From Candidatus Bathyarchaeota archaeon RBG_16_48_13 (lineage in GTDB: Archaea; Thermoproteota; Bathyarchaeia; RBG-16-48-13), in the NCBI GenBank assembly GCA_001775995.1, contig MEZH01000007.1, positions 188,807 through 252,806 of the forward strand: a stretch of 64,000 nt of DNA. Reading direction: 5' to 3'. The notes under the pieces were generated by a model. That model was not told the origin of the DNA. It saw only the letters and a program-made list of their open reading frames with translations, and made no database searches. Positions 56,387 to 64,000 of this stretch are shown here, in pieces. Position 1 is the stretch's first letter. Every line of letters starts with the position of its first letter. Position numbers and translations under genes: made by a program.

Positions 56387-57055
56387 ATGACGATGATCTT
56401 CAAGGTAAAAGCGATATTCTATGACTATGACGGGACCCTAGTGAACTCAAAGAAGGTCATCTTTGATGGTATCAATCTGGTTTTGGGGAGTCGAGGCTTA
56501 TCAAGGATCAAGACCAAAGAGCTGATGAATATCGCCGGGATGCCACTCCAGAAGGGGCTTGCCAAGAGATTCGAAGGTTTGACTGAGGAGAAAATAAAAG
56601 GTTGCCAGACAGATTTCGATGCTTATATGAGGGTAGCCTCAATGGAGTACAAATTGATCGAAGGGACCAAAGACGTTCTTTCGTATTTCCGGAAAAAAGG
56701 GGCGATTCAAGCGGTAATCACAAGCGCTCCGAGACATCAAGTCGACCATGACCTAAGTAGATTCGGCCTACACGAGTTCCTTGAACTGGTCATTTCAAGA
56801 GAGGACGTGGACAACCACAAGCCCGCTCCAGATTCAATTCTTAAAGCCCTCGCGAGCTTGAAGGTCAACGCAGAAGAATCACTCTATGTGGGCGATAGCT
56901 ACGTTGATTTGGCTGCAGGCAAAAGAGCGGGGGTAAGAACGATCGGCGTATTGACTGGATTCTGCGACCGAGGTACCCTAGAGAACGGATATCCGGACAT
57001 GATCATTGATAGCGTTGCGGACCTCCAAAAAGTAGTAGAAGTTATAAGCGCGTAG
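56387..57055 (+). CDS. HAD-superfamily hydrolase (phosphoglycolate phosphatase-like)
   Basis: Motif I (YDYDGTL), motif II (TSAP), and K plus GDSYVD. Confidence 0.75.
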   Translation: MTMIFKVKAIFYDYDGTLVNSKKVIFDGINLVLGSRGLSRIKTKELMNIAGMPLQKGLAKRFEGLTEEKIKGCQTDFDAYMRVASMEYKLIEGTKDVLSYFRKKGAIQAVITSAPRHQVDHDLSRFGLHEFLELVISREDVDNHKPAPDSILKALASLKVNAEESLYVGDSYVDLAAGKRAGVRTIGVLTGFCDRGTLENGYPDMIIDSVADLQKVVEVISA

Positions 57056-57104
57056 GCTTCCACCATTTAAATCTCCTAATTTGCACTAGATTGAAGGCAA
57101 GAAT

Positions 57105-57905
57105 TTGATGCAGTTCTTTCCAATCCACACGAGGCTAATAAAGCCCAAGGAAGACTACCTGGAGATCATTTTAGAAGCAATGAAAGCTCAGAGTTTGACA
57201 TTCGAAGATGGCGACATACTCATTCTCTCTGAGAAAATCGTCGCCACGTCTGAGGGCAGGATTGTCAATTTAAAAGAGGTCAAAGCGAGCCCGAGAGCCA
57301 AAGAACTGGCCAAAAAATATTACGTTGATGAGAAGACCGTCGAGTTGGTCTTGCAGGAAGCCGATGAGGTGCTGAGCGGGGTTCCAAGAATCCTTCTGAC
57401 GCTGAAGAATAATATGTTGATGCCGAACGCAGGAATAGACCACTCGAACGCACCTTCGGATCATGTGATTCTCCTTCCGAAAGACCCCTGGATCTCAGCC
57501 GAGAAAGCCAGATCGAAGATCATGAAGCGATTCGGAAGAAGAATTGGAGTCCTTATCATAGACAGCAGAGTCATGCCTATGCGGATGGGGACCATAGGCT
57601 TGGCTTTAGGAGTCGCAGGGTTTGAACCCATGGATGACATTCGAGGCAGAGACGATCTCTATGGGAAAATGCTACTGGTGACCCTCAGAGCTGTAGCGGA
57701 CGATCTGGCCTCAGCGGCACAACTGGTCATGGGTGAGGCAAATGAGAGCAACCCAGCTGTACTGGCCAGAGGTGCACCGGTTATGATGACGGACAGGCCT
57801 ATAAAGAGAGACTCGATGTACATTTCCCCTGATGAATGTCTATATATTAGGGGGTTCGAACGGTGGAATTGGGGGAAGAAAGACCGAAAGAGGGAAATGC
57901 CCTAG
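57105..57905 (+). CDS. cofE: Coenzyme F420-0:L-glutamate ligase-like protein (CofE family)
   Basis: 266 aa with GDILILSEKIVATSEGR and PNAGIDHSNAP patterns, typical of CofE. Confidence 0.75.
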   Translation: MMQFFPIHTRLIKPKEDYLEIILEAMKAQSLTFEDGDILILSEKIVATSEGRIVNLKEVKASPRAKELAKKYYVDEKTVELVLQEADEVLSGVPRILLTLKNNMLMPNAGIDHSNAPSDHVILLPKDPWISAEKARSKIMKRFGRRIGVLIIDSRVMPMRMGTIGLALGVAGFEPMDDIRGRDDLYGKMLLVTLRAVADDLASAAQLVMGEANESNPAVLARGAPVMMTDRPIKRDSMYISPDECLYIRGFERWNWGKKDRKREMP

Positions 57906-58066
57906 CTTTTGAGTGATATTTCAACCCTTTCGGAGCTGAACATAAGCTTCTTGCCGCAATGGGGGCAAGACCCATTAAGCTCTTGAATGATCTCCTGAGG
58001 GAATTTAAGTTCTGGTTCTTCGTATAGAATCTTCTTACAATTGTTGCAGATGATCTTTTGCGGCAT
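57902..58066 (-). CDS. Small zinc-ribbon protein (hypothetical)
   Basis: Not in the ORF track (54 aa). My translation is MPQKIICNNCKKILYEEPELKFPQEIIQELNGSCPHCGKKLMFSSERVEISLKS. It fills an otherwise empty spacer; no family is assigned. Confidence 0.4.
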   Translation of the reverse strand: MPQKIICNNCKKILYEEPELKFPQEIIQELNGSCPHCGKKLMFSSERVEISLKS

Positions 58067-58181
58067 AAAGAACGCCAAGTAGTGCTAGAAGAAAATATGT
58101 GCGAGCAATATTTTAACGTAACCTTGAGAAAGAAGACATCCTGAGCAAATAGCGCACGAATTTTAAGGAAAGTCTGAATGG

Positions 58182-60260
58182 TTGACGTATACCCTGATCA
58201 TAGCCGAGAAGCCAGATGCGGCTGCAAGGATCGCTGAGGCATTGAACGATAAAGGGAGACCTGCCAAACATGCTAGAAATGGGGTCCCTTATTACATCGG
58301 CTCAAGAAAAGGGAAGGAGTTCGTGGCATGTTCGTCGATAGGTCATCTATACACAGTAGCAGCTGAGGATGCGGGGCGATTTCATTACCCAGTTTTCTCC
58401 TTCAATTGGGTACCCAAGTTCACGGTAGAGCGAAACTCTAAGTACCAACGGGCATGGATCGAGATCATTCAGGATCTGGGAAAAGAAGCAGATGATTTCA
58501 TCAATGCGTGCGACTATGATGTTGAAGGCAGCCTGATCGGCTTCTCCATACTCAAATACGCTTTAGGCGATGTGACGAGAAAGTCGAAGAGGATGAAGTA
58601 TTCTACCCTAACAAAGGACGAATTGGCCCATTCTTATGACAATCCTCTACCCACTCTCGACTTCTCATTGATCGAGGCGGGGAAGACGCGGCATGAAGTG
58701 GATTGGCTTTACGGCATAAACCTGAGCAGAGCGATGATGAAGGCTGCATATACAGCCAGTGATAAGTATTCGGCTCTCAGCATTGGCAGGATTCAGGGAC
58801 CTACGTTGAAGGCACTAGCCGAAAGGGAGAGGGAGATCAACAATTTTGTGCCTATCCCTTATTGGAGTCTCAAGTGTGCGGTTGAGATCGATGGAAAAAC
58901 ATTTTCTGTCAGATATGACAAGGAAAAGATAGACACGAGAGACGAAGCCCAAAGAATAGTGAATGCTTGTAACGGGAAAGAGGGATTAGTGGACCTTGTG
59001 GAAGCGAAGAAGTATTATGAGAAACCTCCTCCACCGTTTGATGTTGGAGGCCTCCAGGCAGAAGCCTATCGCCTCTTCGGTTACTTCCCATCGAGGACCG
59101 TGGCATTGGCTGAACGTCTCTACTTGGAGGCCTTGATAAGCTACCCCAGAACGGGCAGCCAGAAGCTACCTCCATCAATAGGGTACAGGAATATCCTTAT
59201 GGGTCTAGGTGGCCTGGTCGAGTATTCTGATCTGGCAAACGAGATCTTGAGTGGACGACTCATTCCCAACGAGGGGACAAAGACTGACCCTGCCCACCCA
59301 GCAATTTATCCCACAGGAAACCCTTCCAGAAGGAGATTATCGACCGAGGAGCACAGACTTTACGACCTGATCGTCAAGAGGTTTCTGGCGGTCTTCTCCA
59401 CTCCGTCGCATAAGGAGCGCACCAGAGCAAGGATTTCTTGCGGAGAATTCATCTTTTCTATGGAAGGATTCAGAATACTGGAGGAGGGTTGGATGAGGTC
59501 TTACATGCCATACACATCAGCTAAAGAGGTCCCGATGCCAGCGCTAACCGAAGGACAAAGAATCATATTTCTCGATCTGTCAGCTCACAAGAAGTTCGTC
59601 CAACCGCCATCAAGATACAATCCTTCCAGTTTGCTGAAGCTCATGGAAGAACAGAACATCGGGACAAAGGCGACGCGCGCGGATATCATAGAAACCCTCA
59701 TGGAGAGAGGTTACATTCGGGACGAGAGAATCACTATGACCGAGTTAGGGTTCGGTGTGGTAGATACATTTGAGGAGATGTGCCAGGACATCTTAAGCGT
59801 GGACCTCACAAGGAAACTTGAGAAGGACATGGAGTTGATAGAGGAAGAAAAAAAGACTCGTGAAGAAGTCCTAATCGAAGCAGTCTCATTCCTACGGAGG
59901 ACTTTGGCTACAATAAGAACGGATGAAAGGCGAATTGGGGCCCGTCTGACCGAAGCCAAAAGGAGGGCATGGCTTGACAAGGTCGCGGTTTCGAGTTGCC
60001 CGAGCTGCAGAACAGGAAAGCTCCTCATGATAAGGTCTAGATCAACGGGAAAGGTCTTCATAGGCTGCTCCAATTACCAGAGCGGGACATGCTCATTCTC
60101 TGCACCTTTGCCTCAACATGGGATCATTCGGCCTAGCCACCGTCTCTGTCATACTTGCGGCTACCCGACAGTAATTGTCAGAAGGAAGAAAAGCAAGCCC
60201 TGGAGCCTCTGCATCAACATCCACTGTCCTTCAAAAGAGAAATGGGGGAAGAGGCAATAA
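58182..60260 (+). CDS. topA: Type IA DNA topoisomerase (TopA / archaeal topoisomerase III)
   Basis: 692 aa with an N-terminal TOPRIM (LIIAEKPDAA), ISYPRTGSQ around the catalytic Tyr, and C-terminal zinc ribbons. TTG start. Confidence 0.92.
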   Translation: MTYTLIIAEKPDAAARIAEALNDKGRPAKHARNGVPYYIGSRKGKEFVACSSIGHLYTVAAEDAGRFHYPVFSFNWVPKFTVERNSKYQRAWIEIIQDLGKEADDFINACDYDVEGSLIGFSILKYALGDVTRKSKRMKYSTLTKDELAHSYDNPLPTLDFSLIEAGKTRHEVDWLYGINLSRAMMKAAYTASDKYSALSIGRIQGPTLKALAEREREINNFVPIPYWSLKCAVEIDGKTFSVRYDKEKIDTRDEAQRIVNACNGKEGLVDLVEAKKYYEKPPPPFDVGGLQAEAYRLFGYFPSRTVALAERLYLEALISYPRTGSQKLPPSIGYRNILMGLGGLVEYSDLANEILSGRLIPNEGTKTDPAHPAIYPTGNPSRRRLSTEEHRLYDLIVKRFLAVFSTPSHKERTRARISCGEFIFSMEGFRILEEGWMRSYMPYTSAKEVPMPALTEGQRIIFLDLSAHKKFVQPPSRYNPSSLLKLMEEQNIGTKATRADIIETLMERGYIRDERITMTELGFGVVDTFEEMCQDILSVDLTRKLEKDMELIEEEKKTREEVLIEAVSFLRRTLATIRTDERRIGARLTEAKRRAWLDKVAVSSCPSCRTGKLLMIRSRSTGKVFIGCSNYQSGTCSFSAPLPQHGIIRPSHRLCHTCGYPTVIVRRKKSKPWSLCINIHCPSKEKWGKRQ

Positions 60261-60466
60261 TGTGCGTAGTGTGCGGAACGAACGATGAGACAGAGTACTG
60301 CAAGAGACATCAATCCGCCTATGAAAACCTCGTAAAAACTTACGATATTTGGCAACGCGCAACGGAATTATCTTGGGATGAATATTTGGGCAAAGTGATT
60401 GAAAACGAATTCACGGGTTTTTGGGCAATGGAAGTAGCCCAAAGACTGAAAACGAAGAAGGGTTAA
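60260..60466 (+). CDS. Hypothetical small protein
   Basis: 68 aa beginning MCVVCGTNDETEYCKRHQ... The ATG overlaps the topA stop (TAATG). No family recognised. Confidence 0.45.
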   Translation: MCVVCGTNDETEYCKRHQSAYENLVKTYDIWQRATELSWDEYLGKVIENEFTGFWAMEVAQRLKTKKG

Positions 60467-60515
60467 GAAACCTTTAAAAAACATCTCATGCTATTTGCCA
60501 TAGGGACTTGCCTGG

Positions 60516-60956
60516 ATGACATCTCTTGCAGATAGATTGAGGTATTCAGGGATAGGGCGGCGCCTCAGGAAACTCAATATCCCTAGAGTCGGTCTGTTCA
60601 AGCCCTCAACTGTGCTTCTAACTGGGATAATCATTGCAGTTTCAATATTCATATTAGGTGGAGGAGTTTTCGATCTTCTCGAGCACCCCTTAGCCCTGTT
60701 GCCCAGTTCTAGTGGCTGGCTCTTCATTTATCCAGGTCTATATTCCCAGACTTGGAATGAGAGCATCTTCTCCATGTTCATGCTCACTCTGGGGATTGCA
60801 GGAACCTTTGTCTGTTATCGGAGCACCAGATATGCCTTCAAACCTAAGCAAGCCACTGTTCTGCTCCTAATAGGAACGGTGTTGATAGTTATATCCATCT
60901 TGGGCTTCGAGTACGCACTTTACCTGAAGCTTAACACTAGCACAACGTCAGCATAA
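60516..60956 (+). CDS. Hypothetical membrane protein
   Basis: 146 aa with about four hydrophobic helices. No family recognised. Confidence 0.5.
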   Translation: MTSLADRLRYSGIGRRLRKLNIPRVGLFKPSTVLLTGIIIAVSIFILGGGVFDLLEHPLALLPSSSGWLFIYPGLYSQTWNESIFSMFMLTLGIAGTFVCYRSTRYAFKPKQATVLLLIGTVLIVISILGFEYALYLKLNTSTTSA

Positions 60957-60964
60957 CAGCTCTT

Positions 60965-61450
60965 CTACCAAGGCTCCTTCTTGAGATTCAGAAGATAAGC
61001 TGCAATGTTCGTGCTCAGATGTATAATTGGGGTCAAGATCGTTATGAGAAGAACCTCAGTGAAGGTAGGGGTATTGATGAGAGAAACTAGCAGAAAAGCG
61101 CCTCCTACGAAATCGAGTTGATCAACTACTGGCAGTGATGCTCCAGGTTTCATTCCTAGTCTCCTCTTTAGAAAGGCTCCTCCGAGATCACCTAGAAGCG
61201 CCCCCAAGGAGAGCAAAAAACCCCTCAAAGGCCAACCTTGGAGAATTCCTACCAAGGTCCCTGCTGCTAAGCCCCCGGCAAAACCCCTCAGAGTCTTGTT
61301 TTGACCGAACAGTCGCTTTCCATCGATGAAGTTGTAGCCCATATCCAATGGAATCTTGCCCTTTGTCAATATTGGAGTAGCGTTGGCTAGATAGACGGGC
61401 AAAAAACCGTAAAGTGTCAACGCGATCTGGAAGATGTCCAAAGGATTCAA
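60965..61450 (-). CDS. carS: CDP-archaeol synthase (CarS, DUF46)
   Basis: 161 aa membrane protein with FIDGKRLFGQNKTLRGF and LPVVDQLDF patterns, typical of CarS. Confidence 0.8.
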   Translation of the reverse strand: MNPLDIFQIALTLYGFLPVYLANATPILTKGKIPLDMGYNFIDGKRLFGQNKTLRGFAGGLAAGTLVGILQGWPLRGFLLSLGALLGDLGGAFLKRRLGMKPGASLPVVDQLDFVGGAFLLVSLINTPTFTEVLLITILTPIIHLSTNIAAYLLNLKKEPW

Positions 61451-61508
61451 CTTCAGCCAAATTGATTTTAGATTGTTCTATTACCTGAACATAAAATCTT
61501 ATGGATTT

Positions 61509-62198
61509 CTAGACATCACTAATGCCAAACTCAGTCAATTTGTAACTGCAGACTTTATTTGCTATCTTACCACGATATTTCTTTAGCAATGCCTCTCTCA
61601 TGCCCATACCAGGGGCTTGCTTCAACTGCATAATCAAATCAGACCAATAGTTCAAGATTCTAGAGGCTGGAGGTTCAATAATGCCCTTCTTAAAGGCAAA
61701 ATGAACTTGGCTGGTGAGAAGGACAACCAAGTCCTTCTCTTTAGACATTTTTGATAAATGTGCAAGTTGGCGATTTAGATCTTTATTCATCCTGAAGGTT
61801 CTTGAATGAGCACCGATCTCCATTCTGTAGAGAGAAGTGATGGTATCTATTACAATCAGAGAAGTCTCGGGGGCAACATATTTTTCCATTTCTTCTAGGG
61901 TTTCTGACTGTTCTCTGAAATTCCTAGGAGACGTAAGAAGAAATTGCCGAAGAAAATCTGGACCTGACAAAATGGCTAATTGTTCGAGGCGCGGAACCGA
62001 GAAGGCATTATCCGAGTCGATGTAGATCGTCTTGAACCCTCTTTTCATTGCGGCCAAGGCACACTGCATCGCTAGGGTGGTTTTTCCCACATGGGCTTCT
62101 CCGTAGACGAGAGATATTGCCTTAGTGGGGAAACCTCCAACCAGCAGCTTGTCTATTGAACTGCAACCTGTATAGGCTATTCGATTTTCCGCAATCAT
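61509..62198 (-). CDS. radB: RadB-type RecA-family ATPase
   Basis: 229 aa with Walker A (GEAHVGKTT) and Walker B (LIVIDT). It is short and lacks the N-terminal HhH domain of RadA. Confidence 0.75.
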   Translation of the reverse strand: MIAENRIAYTGCSSIDKLLVGGFPTKAISLVYGEAHVGKTTLAMQCALAAMKRGFKTIYIDSDNAFSVPRLEQLAILSGPDFLRQFLLTSPRNFREQSETLEEMEKYVAPETSLIVIDTITSLYRMEIGAHSRTFRMNKDLNRQLAHLSKMSKEKDLVVLLTSQVHFAFKKGIIEPPASRILNYWSDLIMQLKQAPGMGMREALLKKYRGKIANKVCSYKLTEFGISDV

Positions 62199-62259
62199 CG
62201 TTTATAGTCATCACAAACTCTGTATTTAAGAGAATATATTTGAGGTTTCAAGAGTCTAT

Positions 62260-62889
62260 ATGGTGGAGCTTATGGCAACAGAGATCGCGATCTCAACCCT
62301 TTTTGGGAAGGTTTACTTTCTCCTCGTCGATGAGCTCAAGAGAAGACACCTCCCGTTCATCAGTCTGAAACCAGGGGATCCAATTCCCGTTAGCATTAAG
62401 GTTGTTTTGACTTCTCAAGAAGAGGTGAAACTCTTCACCCATGTTAATGTACTGGCTTATACGGAAAGAGCTGATCCTTCCGCAGTAGTGGATATGGCCA
62501 CAATGATTCTACTCAGCAAGAGCTCTTTTCGTGAGTTGAGTATTGGCATTGACCCAGGCAAGACCATAGGAGTTGCTCTCTTAGGAGATGGAATAATTCT
62601 AAGAACCGAAAAGAGGAGAAGGGCCGAAGAGGTCATTGCGGACATATCACGGTTCCTAAGGAGTTTCAAAGCTGATAAACTCGTTATTAGGGTTGGAAAT
62701 GGTTCCACAGAGTATCATAGACACATAATAAAGAAGATTGAGGATAATCTTCCAAGAGATGTTGTTCTAGAATTGGTTGACGAGAAAGGAACTAACAGAA
62801 CGCCCAAAAACAGATCGCGACCGATATCTCTGGATGAAAAACCAGCAATAAGAATAGCTGAAAAACGAGGAAAGACCTTGAGAAGCTGA
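62260..62889 (+). CDS. Hypothetical protein, possible RNase H-fold (RuvC/YqgF-like) nuclease
   Basis: 209 aa. The only hint is IGIDPGKTIGVA, which resembles the first motif of RuvC/YqgF-like folds. Confidence 0.3.
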   Translation: MVELMATEIAISTLFGKVYFLLVDELKRRHLPFISLKPGDPIPVSIKVVLTSQEEVKLFTHVNVLAYTERADPSAVVDMATMILLSKSSFRELSIGIDPGKTIGVALLGDGIILRTEKRRRAEEVIADISRFLRSFKADKLVIRVGNGSTEYHRHIIKKIEDNLPRDVVLELVDEKGTNRTPKNRSRPISLDEKPAIRIAEKRGKTLRS

Positions 62890-62894
62890 AAGTC

Positions 62895-64000
62895 ATGGAA
62901 TTGAGACTGACACCTGGACGCACGTTGACGATCGACGGACCGGCTGTGGTTACCCTGCTACAGGGTAGAGTGGAAATCTTGGGAAATGTATGGACCCCTC
63001 AGAGCAAGTTGAGTGTCAGAAAAGGAAGAAGGATTCCGATCGAGTCTATGGATGGGTCACGTCTAGAAGTGAATTTGGGAAAGGATGCAACTTGGACCGA
63101 GGTCGCAGAGAAAGCAATTCCAGAGACATGGATGACAGTAGCCGAAAGAATAACCACAGAGAGAGGAACGGCCCTTATTCTCGGAGGAGGAGATTGTGGC
63201 AAAACTACCTTCTGCACGTATCTCGCTAACAAGGCTTTGAGCAAGGATCTGAAGGTCGTGGTAATAGATGGAGACCTCGGACAGGCTAACATAGGGCCAC
63301 CTACTACATTAAGTCTAGGGCTTGTTGAGTGCCCCATCGTTGACCTCTTCAGAATAAAACCAGAGAAGACATATTTTGTAGGAATCATCAGCCCAAGCAC
63401 CGTTGGAAATATTGTCATTAGATGTTTGCGGAATCTGAAGGTCGATGCCGAGAACAAGTGTGCGGATTTGATCATAATCGACACAGACGGATGGATTCAG
63501 AGCGAGCTTGCGCGAAATTACAAGACAACAATGGTAAAGGAGATTGAACCAGACTTCGTGATAGCTATACAAGAAAAGGAGGAAATGAAAACAATCCTTG
63601 AATCCATAAGAAAGAGGGGCGTTTTCATCCTGCAAGTCTCAGAAATGGTCCGGGAACGTGGGCGAGAAGATAGACTGCTTCTCAGAGAGCAAGGCTATCG
63701 AAAATGCCTCAAAGGATCAACTCTTCGAACCATCCAATTAATGAACGTAAAGATGGAATTCCTAGGCATCAATTTTGAACAACCAGCTCCCGCGGAGAAA
63801 GAGAAGAAATTCGAGAAATATCTGGGATGCTTGGCTAAGCATTTTGAAGAAGCTGCGTCTGATAGGAGTCCTCAAATGCCGATGACTTGCATCACCAAGG
63901 CTTTTGATGGAAAAGACGCCAATTTCTCAAAGGAAGGCATCGAGAAGGGACTCCTAGTTGGACTGCTGGATCATGAAAGAAAATTCATAGGTTTGGGGAC
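62895..64000 (+). CDS. Clp1/Grc3-type polynucleotide 5'-hydroxyl kinase (partial, runs off the window)
   Basis: Not in the ORF track because it has no stop in the window. My translation from ATG 62895 is open to 64000. It has a P-loop (GGGDCGKTTF), IDGDLGQ and IIDTDGW, typical of archaeal Clp1. It makes track ORFs 62990..63229, 62999..63484 and 63315..63635 spurious. Confidence 0.8.
   Translation, partial: MELRLTPGRTLTIDGPAVVTLLQGRVEILGNVWTPQSKLSVRKGRRIPIESMDGSRLEVNLGKDATWTEVAEKAIPETWMTVAERITTERGTALILGGGDCGKTTFCTYLANKALSKDLKVVVIDGDLGQANIGPPTTLSLGLVECPIVDLFRIKPEKTYFVGIISPSTVGNIVIRCLRNLKVDAENKCADLIIIDTDGWIQSELARNYKTTMVKEIEPDFVIAIQEKEEMKTILESIRKRGVFILQVSEMVRERGREDRLLLREQGYRKCLKGSTLRTIQLMNVKMEFLGINFEQPAPAEKEKKFEKYLGCLAKHFEEAASDRSPQMPMTCITKAFDGKDANFSKEGIEKGLLVGLLDHERKFIGLG

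Noticed and set aside
62990-63635. Track ORFs 62990..63229 (+), 62999..63484 (-) and 63315..63635 (-)
   Set aside because: All three are overlapped by the long open Clp1-type kinase frame starting at 62895, which has clear P-loop and kinase motifs. That frame is missing from the track only because it has no stop in the window.

Overview
This window is a dense, mostly minus-strand core-genome segment of an archaeon, probably from the TACK/Thermoproteota lineage, at roughly 45% GC. The lineage guess rests on Thaumarchaeota-like uS12, a LysW-type arginine/lysine pathway, an unsplit rpoA, multi-intron tRNAs, and frequent TTG/GTG starts and ATGA-type gene overlaps.

Content in order:
- MEMO-family gene, then the uS19-uL2-uL23-uL4-uL3 ribosomal block and a SPOUT methyltransferase.
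- An lysK-lysJ-lysZ-lysX-lysW-argH-argG cluster. lysW is a 57-aa ORF missing from the ORF track.
- A frameshifted flavin-reductase pseudogene and endonuclease III.
- An interrupted rtcB, archease, and a three-intron tRNA-Ser(UGA).
- uS10, EF-1alpha, uS7, uS12, NusA, eL30, and rpoA (A' and A'' fused)-rpoB-rpoH.
- A methyltransferase, KsgA, DUF655, RpoF, eL21 and Pus10.
- PriL-PriS-GINS-eL42-eS27-aIF2alpha-Nop10.
- AglB, IleRS, a NAD-kinase-like gene, GcvH, Ogg, divergent pyrB/pyrI, NAC, a PUA protein, MBF1, HflX, Trm56, TFE and an HD protein.
- tRNA-Val(UAC) with one intron, tRNA-Ser(GCU) with three introns, and SRP RNA.
- A TtuA/Ncs6-like thiolase, a site-2 protease, a decayed cutA, Pelota, a HAD hydrolase, CofE, TopA, CarS, RadB and a Clp1-type RNA kinase that runs off the window end.

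No CRISPR array, transposase, integrase or obvious mobile element was seen.

The most interesting signal is rtcB, the tRNA-splicing ligase gene. It carries an exactly 30-nt, TAG-containing, in-frame insert one codon before its catalytic Cys. A 12-bp exon-exon helix clamps the insert, and the structure resembles a bulge-helix-bulge (BHB) splice site. I infer a BHB-type mRNA intron in the ligase gene itself, in a genome whose tRNAs here carry seven introns. A weaker possible second case is a 17-nt element at the hflX start.

All calls come from reading the sequence and ORF translations by eye; no searches or folding programs were run.
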